From a virus, in IMG/VR virus record IMGVR_UViG_3300013233_000167, positions 10,461 through 74,460 of that record: a stretch of 64,000 nucleotides of DNA. One strand, given 5' to 3'. Both the position numbers and the translations under genes were made by a program. The notes under the pieces were generated by a model. It saw only the letters and a program-made list of their open reading frames with translations. It did no database searches and was not told the DNA's origin. Below are positions 27,219 to 36,687 of this stretch, piece after piece; position 1 is the stretch's first letter; each line of letters starts with the position of its first letter.

Positions 27219-29276
27219 TCAACTGTCGTCCTCATCCTCCAGGTCCGCCGACACGCCTTTCTTGTCGAGCAGGTACTTCTCCACACCCCCGGCCAACGAC
27301 ACCGCCTTGAGGGCAGCGTTCGCGCCGGAGCAGAAGCCCGGGTCACCCATGCGGTCGAACCAGTCGCCCCGCTTGAAGGCCCCGTCGGACCACGGGACGA
27401 GGATTCTCCCCGGTCCCTTGGCCTTCTTGATGATCCCGGCTTCGGTCAGCAGGTGTTGAGCGGTCAGCTCCACGCTCGGCCCGTGCGTGAAGTCCAGCAC
27501 CCACTCCGTCCGCCGGTGAGGCGGCGCGAGTCGGCACTTGTCCGTGATGGTGGAGATCTTGTAGCCGGTGGGCGCGATGCCCTTCGCACGCTTCGCGGGC
27601 AGCCTGCCGATCACCCGATTCGCCACCCGCTGAGACGCCGCGAACTTCACGGCCCGGCCTCCAGTCGTGTCGGTCTGCGGGCCACCCCAGCTAGAGAAGC
27701 CTCCGATCTTCGAGCGGTTCTGGTTGATCCACATGACGTGGGCGCGGACCTTGGCGATCTCCCGAAACATCTTGCGGCAGCCCTTCGACATGATTCGCGC
27801 GTGGAGGCCAACGAACGAGTCTGTCATCTTCCCCTCCAACTCGTCCTTCGGCACAGCCGCCGCGATCGAGTCCCACACGATAAGCGTCGGTGCGCCGGGG
27901 TCGCGGGTCTTGAGGTCGTTTAGGATCGCCCACGTCGCCTCCCAGCCCTCTTCCGCGTGCGCGGGCGCGAGGTAGATGAGACGCTCCGGGTCGATGCCGA
28001 CGTTAGCCATCTTCGCAGCGTCGAGCGCGACCTCGTAGTCGAGAAGCACCGGGATACCGCCCGTCCGCTGACACTGACGAATCGCCATGTGCGCAAGCGC
28101 CGACTTGCCGCAGTTGTGGATCACAAGACCCTCAGCGATGTAGTTGCGGTACGGGTCCTCCATCTTGATGTCGTAGGTAGGCTTGATACCGACCGGAGTG
28201 ATCGACACCACGCGGTCCTCCACGACCACGTACCTAAGATTGCTGTCAGTCTCTAACGCATGTTCGCGGTTGTGCGCATCACCATCCACGACGACGAGGT
28301 TGTCTCTGTCGTCGTTCGACCAGTCCTCGTCGATATGGTGGACGTGCTGATCGGGGCGTAGGAACTTCATGTCGAAGAAGTCATCCGCGTCGAGACGGGC
28401 CTTGTACTCGTCGAGCGTCAGGCCGTTCATCTCGGCCTCGATGATGGCGCGAGACATCGACGGCTGTGCAGCCCTCGCTCTCGCGTGGTTCGGATGAAAT
28501 CTGACCGACAAATGCTTTCGGAAGTTTGATCTGGAAGCGGGGTCGTCGGACTGCCAATGCGTCTGGTTGTGCAAGTACAGCACGTCACCAACCGACACCT
28601 CCTCCAACGAACGGTAGCGACCCCCTACGTACATCTTGTGATCGAGCGTCGCTGTTAGCTGCGCACCTGACTCGGTAACGACTTCCAAGCACTCGCGCTC
28701 TCCGGTCTTCACCACGTCAATGATCCGCGATTGCACGATGCGATGATCGTCGTTCATCGCAGGCGCGTGGAACGTCGCACCTTCGGGTGCAAAGCGATTC
28801 TTGCCCTTGCCCGGCACCGCGATTCGATGGAAGCGTTCGTACAGACGCTCGATCGTTCCGCCCTTGCAGTTGATGAGTTTCCCGTCCGCTTGACGCACCT
28901 GATAGCCGATGAACGTCTCGGCCCAAGAGCATCCTTCGTCTCCGTACACCTCACTCGCACGCCCAACTGCCCAGCCGCCACCAAGCACGCGGTCAAGATC
29001 TGGGAAGCCTGACGGGATCCACTCCTTCACTTCGGAGAGCGAGTCTGCTTGTCCCAACACCGTCACCACGCTGTCGGTCTTCGTGCCGAGACGCTTCTTG
29101 ATGGCCTTGACCATCGAGTCGGTATCGGACGGCTTCGCCTTGCGCGAGGTCTTCTTCTTCTTACTCGCGGCTGCGCCGGACTTTGCGGGCGACCTTCTTG
29201 CGTCCTTTTTTCTTGACGGTCTTTTTGCGGCCGTCTTTGCGGCGTGGGAAGTCTTCGCTTTGTCCTTGAGGCCCAT
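27219..29276 (-). CDS. recA: RecA/UvsX recombinase (intein-containing)
   Basis: IPSGFPDLD..LGGG, GDEG|CGKS, IVWDSIAA, INQ.R and TTGGRAVKF motifs. Confidence 0.92.
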   Translation of the reverse strand: MGLKDKAKTSHAAKTAAKRPSRKKDARRSPAKSGAAASKKKKTSRKAKPSDTDSMVKAIKKRLGTKTDSVVTVLGQADSLSEVKEWIPSGFPDLDRVLGGGWAVGRASEVYGDEGCSWAETFIGYQVRQADGKLINCKGGTIERLYERFHRIAVPGKGKNRFAPEGATFHAPAMNDDHRIVQSRIIDVVKTGERECLEVVTESGAQLTATLDHKMYVGGRYRSLEEVSVGDVLYLHNQTHWQSDDPASRSNFRKHLSVRFHPNHARARAAQPSMSRAIIEAEMNGLTLDEYKARLDADDFFDMKFLRPDQHVHHIDEDWSNDDRDNLVVVDGDAHNREHALETDSNLRYVVVEDRVVSITPVGIKPTYDIKMEDPYRNYIAEGLVIHNCGKSALAHMAIRQCQRTGGIPVLLDYEVALDAAKMANVGIDPERLIYLAPAHAEEGWEATWAILNDLKTRDPGAPTLIVWDSIAAAVPKDELEGKMTDSFVGLHARIMSKGCRKMFREIAKVRAHVMWINQNRSKIGGFSSWGGPQTDTTGGRAVKFAASQRVANRVIGRLPAKRAKGIAPTGYKISTITDKCRLAPPHRRTEWVLDFTHGPSVELTAQHLLTEAGIIKKAKGPGRILVPWSDGAFKRGDWFDRMGDPGFCSGANAALKAVSLAGGVEKYLLDKKGVSADLEDEDDS
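28113..28931 (-). mobile_element. intein with HNH-type endonuclease in the RecA P-loop
   Basis: GDEG|CSWAET...ATLDHK...HVHHIDEDWSND.RDNL...HNREH...GLVIHN|CGKS; 273 aa. Confidence 0.9.
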
Positions 29277-29541
29277 GCTCTATCACCTTCTCGCAGTGCT
29301 TGATGAGTCGCGTCGTGCTCACGTCGAGCAATGGTTGCAACTCAGCTCGGTCTTGAATCTCACAGAGAACAGCGCGGCGCAGCTCAACGTACAGAATGCG
29401 GTCGATCTCGTCGCGCTCCACTTCCGGCTCGTCCCCAAGCGTGCGCGTCAGCGATACCGACGGCTTGAAGGAGTCGTACTGCGAGATCCAGATCACCGCG
29501 CCTCGGCGCACCGTGATCGTGTCGCCTGCTCGTAGTGCCAT
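29161..29541 (-). CDS. hypothetical protein (overlaps the recA 5' end by 116 nt)
   Basis: ORF between ssb and recA. Confidence 0.6.
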   Translation of the reverse strand: MALRAGDTITVRRGAVIWISQYDSFKPSVSLTRTLGDEPEVERDEIDRILYVELRRAVLCEIQDRAELQPLLDVSTTRLIKHCEKVIEHGPQGQSEDFPRRKDGRKKTVKKKGRKKVARKVRRSRE

Positions 29542-29570
29542 GCCGTTCTTGAAGGGTAGTGGGTGACCCC

Positions 29571-29603
29571 GCTCTACCGATGGTTCAGCAGTTCGAGGTC
29601 ACC
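29571..29603. other. intergenic stem-loop (GGGTGACC...GGTCACCC) downstream of ssb
   Basis: Inverted repeat with arms at about 29561-29568 and 29596-29603; no U-tract, function unknown. Confidence 0.35.
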
Positions 29604-29623
29604 CGGGGAGGGGAGGGTCAGTC

Positions 29624-30982
29624 TCACTTACCTCGACGAGTCGTCTTCTTTGACGCCTTATTCTTCGTAGCGGCCTTCTTCTTGGTCGCGGCCTTCGACT
29701 TGGCCGGAGACTTTTTCTTGGTCGCGGCCTTCGACTTGGCCGGAGACTTCTTGCGGATCTGAGTCGCGGCCTTCGGGCGACGCGGCATCGACTTCTTAGC
29801 GGCGGCCTTCTTCTTGGAAGCCTTCTTATTGGAAGCCTTCTTATTGGAAGCCTTCTTCTTGCCGCGACGCACAGCCGGTTCGGCCTCTTCGGGTTCATCT
29901 TCCTCTTCCGGCTCCGGCTCCTCTTCTTCCTCGACGATCTCCACGTCGTCCACGTCCATCATCCACGGATCGTCGGGATCGTCATCTTCGCCGAGGATCA
30001 CCAATAGGTACTCGCCTTCGTTGTCCGGGTCTTCGCCCCAGGACTGAACAACGCCTTGCGCCTCTTCCTCTTCGCCGTCCTCATCCTCGACCGTGAAGCT
30101 CACGACGGTCGAACCGAACTCGATCCCCTCGGGCGGGTCTTCGAGCATGTCCTCTTCGCCTTCGTCGGCCTCTTCTTCTTCGGCCTCTTCTTCTTCGTCC
30201 TCTTCTTCTTCGTCCTCTTCTTCTTCGTCCTCTTCTTCTTCGGCGTCGGCGTCGTCAGTCTCGCCGCCTTCCGCGAGGGCTTCGAGGTCAGCCATGAACT
30301 CCTCGGGGATCTCCTCGTTGGTGAGCCCCTCGTACGCGGCGATATAGTCCTCCAGGTCGAACGGGAAGAAATGGGTCGCCTGATCGAACGTGTGCGACAG
30401 CTCGACTAGACGCTCGTACAAGTCCTCGTCATCGACGATGGGCTCGGGATCCATCTTGTCCGGCTTCCATTCAGTATTGACGCCCTTGCCCTCTTTCTTG
30501 AGCAGGATATCGCGGCCGGAGTCAGCGTCCGTGATATCTTCGCCGTAGTCGTCATCGACGATCAGATCGACGATGTACTGATACACCTTGTAGGGCAGGC
30601 GGAAAATGCGCAAGTTCGGATTCGAGGCCGTACCCTCGTCACCGCGCACGATGCAAGGAGTCCAATACTCCGACGAGCGGTTGCAGTATTCCTTCGCTTG
30701 ATCCTTCTCCGACTTCTCACCCGTCTGATAGATCTCGTCGAGGCGATCCCAAAGCGGGTCTTTGACACCGAACGTGCACGGAGCAGTGACGCTCTTCTTC
30801 ATCTCCTTGATGTAGAACGACTTGAATTCCTTCGCCGGGTCTTCTCCGTGGCAAGGCAAGAGACGTAGCCGTCCCTTCGTCCAGTCTTTTTTGTCGATCA
30901 CCACACCCTTACGGGTCAGTGCTTTTTTTCGGCCTAGCATCTTCTCGCGGAATGCCGCGCTGCTCTTCTTCGCTTTCACCAT
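29624..30982 (-). CDS. single-stranded DNA-binding protein (T4 gp32-like) with acidic tract and basic tail
   Basis: RLRLLP, DITD...GRDILLKKEGKG..TEW; poly-Glu/Asp segment; located next to recA and uvsY. Confidence 0.7.
   Translation of the reverse strand: MVKAKKSSAAFREKMLGRKKALTRKGVVIDKKDWTKGRLRLLPCHGEDPAKEFKSFYIKEMKKSVTAPCTFGVKDPLWDRLDEIYQTGEKSEKDQAKEYCNRSSEYWTPCIVRGDEGTASNPNLRIFRLPYKVYQYIVDLIVDDDYGEDITDADSGRDILLKKEGKGVNTEWKPDKMDPEPIVDDEDLYERLVELSHTFDQATHFFPFDLEDYIAAYEGLTNEEIPEEFMADLEALAEGGETDDADAEEEEDEEEEDEEEEDEEEEAEEEEADEGEEDMLEDPPEGIEFGSTVVSFTVEDEDGEEEEAQGVVQSWGEDPDNEGEYLLVILGEDDDPDDPWMMDVDDVEIVEEEEEPEPEEEDEPEEAEPAVRRGKKKASNKKASNKKASKKKAAAKKSMPRRPKAATQIRKKSPAKSKAATKKKSPAKSKAATKKKAATKNKASKKTTRRGK
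30164..30242. repeat. 15-bp tandem repeats encoding EEEED
   Basis: TCTTCTTCTTCGTCC-type units. Confidence 0.85.
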
Positions 30983-31054
30983 GTCTCGTTGTCCTCGCTT
31001 CGTGTTGTAGAATCGCGCTGTGCCCTGTCGAACGCCGAGGCGCTACTTGTCGGG

Positions 31055-31555
31055 CTAGGTTGATTCGCTTTTTCCGATGAGCGTCCGAACCATTGAGACC
31101 CGGTGGTTGACCGCATCCCGCACAGCTCGAACCGCACCATATTCCTTCTTCCTAGCACGAAGCGCAATCCTAAAGGACCTAATTTTTGAGTCCTGATTCA
31201 GCCTCGCCCGGATCATCGCTTCGGTGGGCTCCACACACTCGTCGTGCTCGTACCAGTGCCGATACACGAGGTACTGCCGCCCCTCCTCCCGGTCATAACG
31301 CTCCTCGGCCTTTCGCAGCCGTTCGAGCGCACGCTCTGTCTGGTAGCCCCAAAACGCACACTGCGCCGGGGCCTTCCGTCCCGCCTCCCACAGATCCTCG
31401 GGATCGGTCGGGATGCCCAGCACCTCCTGCATGTCAAAGGTGACGGTCTCGCCGTTCTCCAGCCGCACCTGGAGGGACTCCACGTCGCTCAGCGTGTCGG
31501 CCGCGTTGCGCAGCACCACCGCTTTCGTGCGCTGACTCTTCCTACGTGCAGGCAT
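31055..31555 (-). CDS. UvsY-like recombination mediator
   Basis: Helical ~165 aa protein with TEAMIRARLNQD motif; next to ssb and recA. Confidence 0.5.
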   Translation of the reverse strand: MPARRKSQRTKAVVLRNAADTLSDVESLQVRLENGETVTFDMQEVLGIPTDPEDLWEAGRKAPAQCAFWGYQTERALERLRKAEERYDREEGRQYLVYRHWYEHDECVEPTEAMIRARLNQDSKIRSFRIALRARKKEYGAVRAVRDAVNHRVSMVRTLIGKSEST

Positions 31556-31958
31556 CGGCGTCCGTGAGGGCGAGCAGTTCATCCGCCGTGTACTGCGCGT
31601 ACTGCGCCAACCAGCCGTTCGTGAACACCGTCTCGATGTCGTCGTCGGCAGGCAGCCTCTCGATCAACGAGGGGATACGTTCGGGGTGTTCCGAGTGTCG
31701 GAACACGAGCGCGAGCCAATCACACACAGGCGCGCGCGAACTCGAAGTCAGTCGGTCCGCGAACCCTTCCAACACGCCCACGTCGAGACCTTGGTACAGA
31801 AAGACGCTGCTCGTGATCGTCGTACGAAGCGCCATGACCTCCGCGAACTTCCCGCACGTCATGTTGTCGCGCAGCAACAGGTACACGAACGCAACGAGTC
31901 GTCGGCGGTCTGCGACGGTGCCAGACGCTTGCGCGAGCGCAGCCCTGCGTTCCGGCAT
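31542..31958 (-). CDS. hypothetical protein
   Basis: LVAFVYLLLRD...FTNGWLAQYA; start uncertain. Confidence 0.55.
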   Translation of the reverse strand: MPERRAALAQASGTVADRRRLVAFVYLLLRDNMTCGKFAEVMALRTTITSSVFLYQGLDVGVLEGFADRLTSSSRAPVCDWLALVFRHSEHPERIPSLIERLPADDDIETVFTNGWLAQYAQYTADELLALTDADACT

Positions 31959-31981
31959 CCGCGACACAACGCCCTCTCGAC

Positions 31982-34918
31982 CTATGCGTCCAGCTTGGCT
32001 TCCATCTTCTTCCACAGCTCCTCCTCGTCGAAGTCGTCGGGATCGAACCCAACGAGAGTCTTCCAGTTCACGCCGATCTCGCAATCGGAGACGATCGGCA
32101 CCTTGAGCCACGACCAGTCGAGGCCGGGCAGAACTTCCGCTGACAGCTCGACGACGTGCTCCATGACGTACTTGGCGAGCGCCATCACCTCGTACGCCTC
32201 ATCGACATATAGGTCGAATATGATGGAATCGTGCACGGTCAGGATCATCTTCGAGAGGTAGCCCTTCTCCTGCATCTCGTTCCAGATCAGCACGAGCGAC
32301 ATGAGCGTCATCTCGGACGCGCCGTTCTGCACCGGGAAGTTGACGGACTGTCGGAGCGCACGCGAGACGATCTGATCGTCCTCGCTGAACACCTCGGGGA
32401 TGCGGCGGCGTCGGCCCGTGAAGCTCTCCAGATAGCCGGACGCGCACACTTCGGCCTCCAGGGCCTCGATGCCCGCCTTGAGCTTCGGACGCACCTCGAA
32501 GTACCGCTCGACCAACGCCTCGCACTCGTCCAGGCTAAGGAAATCGCCTTCCTTGCGCAGCGCGGCCTGGAGGGCCGGGGGTCCTCCTCCGTACAGGATT
32601 CCGAAGTTGATCCGCTTGGCCTGCGTGCGGCGTCGTTTCTGCTCGTGTGAGTCGAGAGCCTCGTACTGCTCCTTCGTCATGCTGAACAGGTCGAGCGCCG
32701 TGTTGAGGTGCATATCCTCTCCACGGATGTACGTGTCGATCATCGCCGTCTCGTTGAAGAGACTCGCGGCGACGCGCAGCTCGACCTGCGAATAATCAGC
32801 CTGACCGATCAGCCCCTCGTCACCGAAGCGCGACACGTACGCTGACTTGATGAGCGCGCCGCCCTTGTTCGGGATGTTCTGTAGGTTGGGATCGTCCGAC
32901 GACAGGCGGCCCGTCACCGTTCCGTGGATGTTGAAGTTGCCGTGGATGCGTCCGAACGGATCGAGGTTGTACTTGAGCGGCTTGACGAACGTGCCGAACA
33001 GCGTCTCGGCCTCACGGTATTGAAGGATGAGAGGGCACAGCTCGTTGCCGTTGCGCTCAAGCTCGTGCAGCACCTCCGCATCCGTGGAGAACAGGTTCCA
33101 CTCTTCCGCCTTTACGGACGCGCGCACTGACGACTGAAAGCGCGGCTTCGATCCTTTGCGCTTCGCGCGCCACTTCGCCACGGCGTTGTTGTAGCGGAGC
33201 GCCACGCGCTCGCGTCCGCCTTTCGTCAGGTGGATGGGCGTCTCTCCCATGATCCCGAACAGCACTTGCTGTAGCTGTGGTCCCGAGCCCGGGTTGAATA
33301 CACCCGCGTCGCCGATCTTGTTCGGGTCGCTCGCGTAGTCCTTGACCTCCGGGAACTCCGCGACCTCCTGCCGCTTCACCGCCATCTCCGTCGTGTACTT
33401 CTCGTCGAGCAGCTCCACAACGTCGGGGTCGATCTGCGCGCCCTCGAACTCCATGTCGGCCAACGCAGCCGACAGCGCAGGCAGGAACGTCTCGGCAAGC
33501 ATCTGTAGCTGCGGGTTCGACGTGTAGTCGGGATGCTCAAGGAGCGCATCGTCCACGCGAAGCGTCACGTCGGCGTCCATCGCCGCATACGGGAACAGGA
33601 TGTCGCCCGGGATGTTGGCGAAGCTGCCTCCGCGTTTCGGGTTGGCCTCGGGGTGAGTGGCCCGGTACTGCCCCATCGGCTCGTCGTAGCCGCCCATGCC
33701 CGTGAAGCCGTACGCGAGCTGCTTCAAGCCGTGCGTACCCTTGCGCTCATCGAGGACGAGGTGCGTGAGCATCGTGTCTCGGTAGTTGACGAGCGCATAG
33801 CCGGTCGCCTCCAGCATGTGCTTGTGATCGAACTTGCCGTTCTGGAGCACCTTCTCAATCTCGGGGTCTTCGAGCAGCCCTCCGATCAGCTCGAACAACT
33901 CCTCGCGCTCGTGCTCCATCGGTCCGCCGATGCGCCACGGACTGTCCTGGTGATCGAGCGGAATCACGTATGCCTCGCCGACGCGGTTGGTGAGCGAGAA
34001 GCACAGGAGCGCCGGGAACTCAGTTTGGAACCAGTAGAGCGAGCCCGTCTCGGTATCTACCGCGACCTTGGTGCCGTCCTCGCGGTAGAAGTCGATCAGC
34101 TCGCGCACGCCGTCAAGCGTGTCGAGCACGAAGTATTCACCCTCGCCCGGCAGCGACTCGTAGTCACCGAGAGCCACGTCGCGCACCATCTCGAACGCCT
34201 CGATGAAGCGCGGCATCTCGTGGTCCATCCGACACACGTACGCAGGGTGAATGCACGCCACTACCTTGATGTCCTCGAACCCCTCGATCGAGCAGTCGAG
34301 TACACGGCCGTTGAACGTCGTGATGCCTGTCTGTCCCGTCAGGTACTCAAGCGCCACGCCGCCGAGCGCGACCAACACCTTTGGCTTGCGCGCCTTGATC
34401 TCTCGATAGAGATGCGGAAGGCAGCTCTGCGCAATCGTCTTGCCCGGCTTCTTGTTGCGAGGCGGGCGACAGCGCGCGATGTTCGTGAAGCCAAACTGAC
34501 TCTTGCTCAGCAGAGCATCGCCCTTGTCGTCAACCGTAGTGTCGCACAGCGCCTCGATGGCTCCTCGCAGCAACGTGCCCGACTGACCCACGAACGGCGT
34601 CGCGGTCTTGTCCTCGTTCGCGCCCGGAGCTTCGCCGACGCATAGGACATCCACTGGCGACCAACCGTCTTCCTGCACGCAGCGGTTGCGTACTGCGTGG
34701 CCCTCGGGCTCTTTGGCAAGGATCTTCTCCGCGTCGCGGTTGTAATCGCCGCCGCACGGAAAGTCCGGGCTCCACGGGAACAGCGGACACCACCGACACC
34801 CAGACTTCGGCTCATCGCCCGGCAAGACCAACGGTCGTGTCGCCGATATGACCTTCGTGCGAGCCTTCGTCTTGAGACCTACACGCCGGACTTTTCGCTT
34901 CCGGCGAGTGGTCGTCAC
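31982..34918 (-). CDS. polA: family A DNA polymerase with N-terminal family-4 uracil-DNA glycosylase domain and 3'-5' exonuclease
   Basis: UDG: VGEAPGANED...PFVGQSG, CRPP, HPAY. Exo: AVDTET, NGKFD, YAAMDAD. Pol: TGRLSS, ADYSQVELR, AKRINFGILYG, TVHDS. Confidence 0.95.
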   Translation of the reverse strand: MTTTRRKRKVRRVGLKTKARTKVISATRPLVLPGDEPKSGCRWCPLFPWSPDFPCGGDYNRDAEKILAKEPEGHAVRNRCVQEDGWSPVDVLCVGEAPGANEDKTATPFVGQSGTLLRGAIEALCDTTVDDKGDALLSKSQFGFTNIARCRPPRNKKPGKTIAQSCLPHLYREIKARKPKVLVALGGVALEYLTGQTGITTFNGRVLDCSIEGFEDIKVVACIHPAYVCRMDHEMPRFIEAFEMVRDVALGDYESLPGEGEYFVLDTLDGVRELIDFYREDGTKVAVDTETGSLYWFQTEFPALLCFSLTNRVGEAYVIPLDHQDSPWRIGGPMEHEREELFELIGGLLEDPEIEKVLQNGKFDHKHMLEATGYALVNYRDTMLTHLVLDERKGTHGLKQLAYGFTGMGGYDEPMGQYRATHPEANPKRGGSFANIPGDILFPYAAMDADVTLRVDDALLEHPDYTSNPQLQMLAETFLPALSAALADMEFEGAQIDPDVVELLDEKYTTEMAVKRQEVAEFPEVKDYASDPNKIGDAGVFNPGSGPQLQQVLFGIMGETPIHLTKGGRERVALRYNNAVAKWRAKRKGSKPRFQSSVRASVKAEEWNLFSTDAEVLHELERNGNELCPLILQYREAETLFGTFVKPLKYNLDPFGRIHGNFNIHGTVTGRLSSDDPNLQNIPNKGGALIKSAYVSRFGDEGLIGQADYSQVELRVAASLFNETAMIDTYIRGEDMHLNTALDLFSMTKEQYEALDSHEQKRRRTQAKRINFGILYGGGPPALQAALRKEGDFLSLDECEALVERYFEVRPKLKAGIEALEAEVCASGYLESFTGRRRRIPEVFSEDDQIVSRALRQSVNFPVQNGASEMTLMSLVLIWNEMQEKGYLSKMILTVHDSIIFDLYVDEAYEVMALAKYVMEHVVELSAEVLPGLDWSWLKVPIVSDCEIGVNWKTLVGFDPDDFDEEELWKKMEAKLDA

Positions 34919-35133
34919 TTCGGAAACCTCGGTCGCGGCAGCAAGTGAACCGCCGCGCGTTCAGCATGACGCTCGTAGCACAAGAGTCTCAGCCCACAGT
35001 CTCGACACGCAGCGCACCGTTCCGGTCTGGAGAAGCACTGCGGGGCGATGACGGGCGTGTCGAGCATCACTTTCAACGTCGTCCCTCCAACGTCTGCGGT
35101 GTCCTCATCGAACGGTCGCTGGCGCTTGGACAT
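34915..35133 (-). CDS. small Cys-rich protein
   Basis: SD GAGGAG; CF....CAACRDC....C. Confidence 0.55.
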   Translation of the reverse strand: MSKRQRPFDEDTADVGGTTLKVMLDTPVIAPQCFSRPERCAACRDCGLRLLCYERHAERAAVHLLPRPRFPK

Positions 35134-35441
35134 TTCTGATACTCCTCCTCTCCCGTAGCCGCGCGCTTGACGATGAACGCCCCCGTCGCCATGACCTTCG
35201 ACTTCAAGCGCACAAGGCTCCACGCAGAGTCGGCACGCGAGATCACGGCCGTCTCCGTCACGGTGAGCGCCGTCGCACCCTGCTCGTCCCGACTGAGCAT
35301 CCGCACCGCGAACACGCAGCCTTGGTCGAGCTTGAAGACCTGGAAGCGTCTTGGTCTCGGATTCGGCTCTTCCGTCGTGGCCGGTGGTAGGTGGTCGAGG
35401 AGATCACCAGCTTCAATCAGGTCCCATTCGTCGTCTCGCAT
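35073..35441 (-). CDS. hypothetical protein
   Basis: ATG just downstream of a sigma70-like promoter. Confidence 0.55.
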   Translation of the reverse strand: MRDDEWDLIEAGDLLDHLPPATTEEPNPRPRRFQVFKLDQGCVFAVRMLSRDEQGATALTVTETAVISRADSAWSLVRLKSKVMATGAFIVKRAATGEEEYQKCPSASDRSMRTPQTLEGRR

Positions 35442-35451
35442 TGGATCGTGG

Positions 35452-35480
35452 ATGTTAGCGGTCTATAGGTGTTTTTGCCA
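35452..35480 (-). promoter_or_regulatory. sigma70-like promoter
   Basis: TGGCAA-N17-TAACAT upstream of the polymerase unit. Confidence 0.4.
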
Positions 35481-35521
35481 GCAGCGCGGGGAGAAACCCC
35501 AATACCCACTAGATGTGGTGG

Positions 35522-36541
35522 TCAGTCGTGCGTGAGGCGCGCTCGGATGCGGTCACTCAGCGTCGGGGCAGCCTTGCGGGTGTGCATGAGCGCAGGCAGT
35601 TCGTCCCTGCGGGAGCACGGATCGCCGTGGTCGAAGTACAGCACCGTGATCTTCGGCACCCGGTCGCGCAGCAGCGCCGCGATCTCATCGACCTTCGCGC
35701 CTGTACCCGGGTCGAGGTTGATGACCAGTTCTTCGAGCCCGTGCTCTACCAGCCGCTCGATGAGCGCCGCCTGCGCATGACTCATCTCCTTGCCCATGAG
35801 CGCGAGCGCGTGCTTGTGCGCCGCGCAGTCCGTCGGACCCTCGACGAGAGCCACGACCTTCGCGCCCTTCACGCCGTCGTAGTTGAGCAGGCAGTGCTCG
35901 CGGCTGTAGTAACCTTCGCGCTTCGGCGGGTTCTTGCTCTTGACGCTGTGCTTGCCGCAGTAGCGCGTCGTCCAGTACACACGCAGCCCGTCCACCATGA
36001 CGGGGAAGAGCAGGTAGCCCGAGTAGTCAAGGTCGCTGTACTGCGCACCGCTCGGGCAGTAGTGCACGTCCATGCGCTCCGCGTCGTCCATGTCGAATCC
36101 GCGCTTCTCCCAATAGGAGAGCGCACGCTTCCACGGATACTTCGTGACATCGACCTTCGACAGCGCGCGCGTACCGCGAGGCAGTCGGTGACGACGCAGA
36201 TGCGAGGTAGCTTCGTCGCGGCGCTTCGTCAGCAACCCCTTCACGGTCTTCTTCACCGACTCGATTACGAGCGGCGGCTCTTTGCGAAGAATGACGCGCT
36301 CCATCGGCTTGATGAAGCCGCCGTTGATGTAGCGAAAGAGCTGCTCCAGGTTGCGGAACTTGAAGTCGCATCGGAAGCAACGGCCCTTCTGCCGCACGAG
36401 GTTGACGGCGAACTTCCTCTTGTCGCTGTCGGTGCCGATGCGGTCGATGCACGCCGGGCAGTGAAACGTGTACTCGGGGCCATTGCCGGAGTGTCGTCCG
36501 AGTCGCAGGTCGAGATACGAGAGGATCGTGTATCGCTTCAT
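35522..36541 (-). CDS. DNA primase (zinc-binding plus TOPRIM)
   Basis: CPAC...CFRC, LLFP, LVEGPTD and NLDP motifs. Confidence 0.88.
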   Translation of the reverse strand: MKRYTILSYLDLRLGRHSGNGPEYTFHCPACIDRIGTDSDKRKFAVNLVRQKGRCFRCDFKFRNLEQLFRYINGGFIKPMERVILRKEPPLVIESVKKTVKGLLTKRRDEATSHLRRHRLPRGTRALSKVDVTKYPWKRALSYWEKRGFDMDDAERMDVHYCPSGAQYSDLDYSGYLLFPVMVDGLRVYWTTRYCGKHSVKSKNPPKREGYYSREHCLLNYDGVKGAKVVALVEGPTDCAAHKHALALMGKEMSHAQAALIERLVEHGLEELVINLDPGTGAKVDEIAALLRDRVPKITVLYFDHGDPCSRRDELPALMHTRKAAPTLSDRIRARLTHD

Positions 36542-36687
36542 CCCTCTTGTGATATCCCAGCATCCACCAACTCCAACGCTAACTTCCGCGATATTGAAAT
36601 CGAAAATGTGTCACCACCGACAGTCACAAACAGTTTCCAACAACCAAACGTACGCGCAGTACCTACCGACAATCTACATTCCATAAG

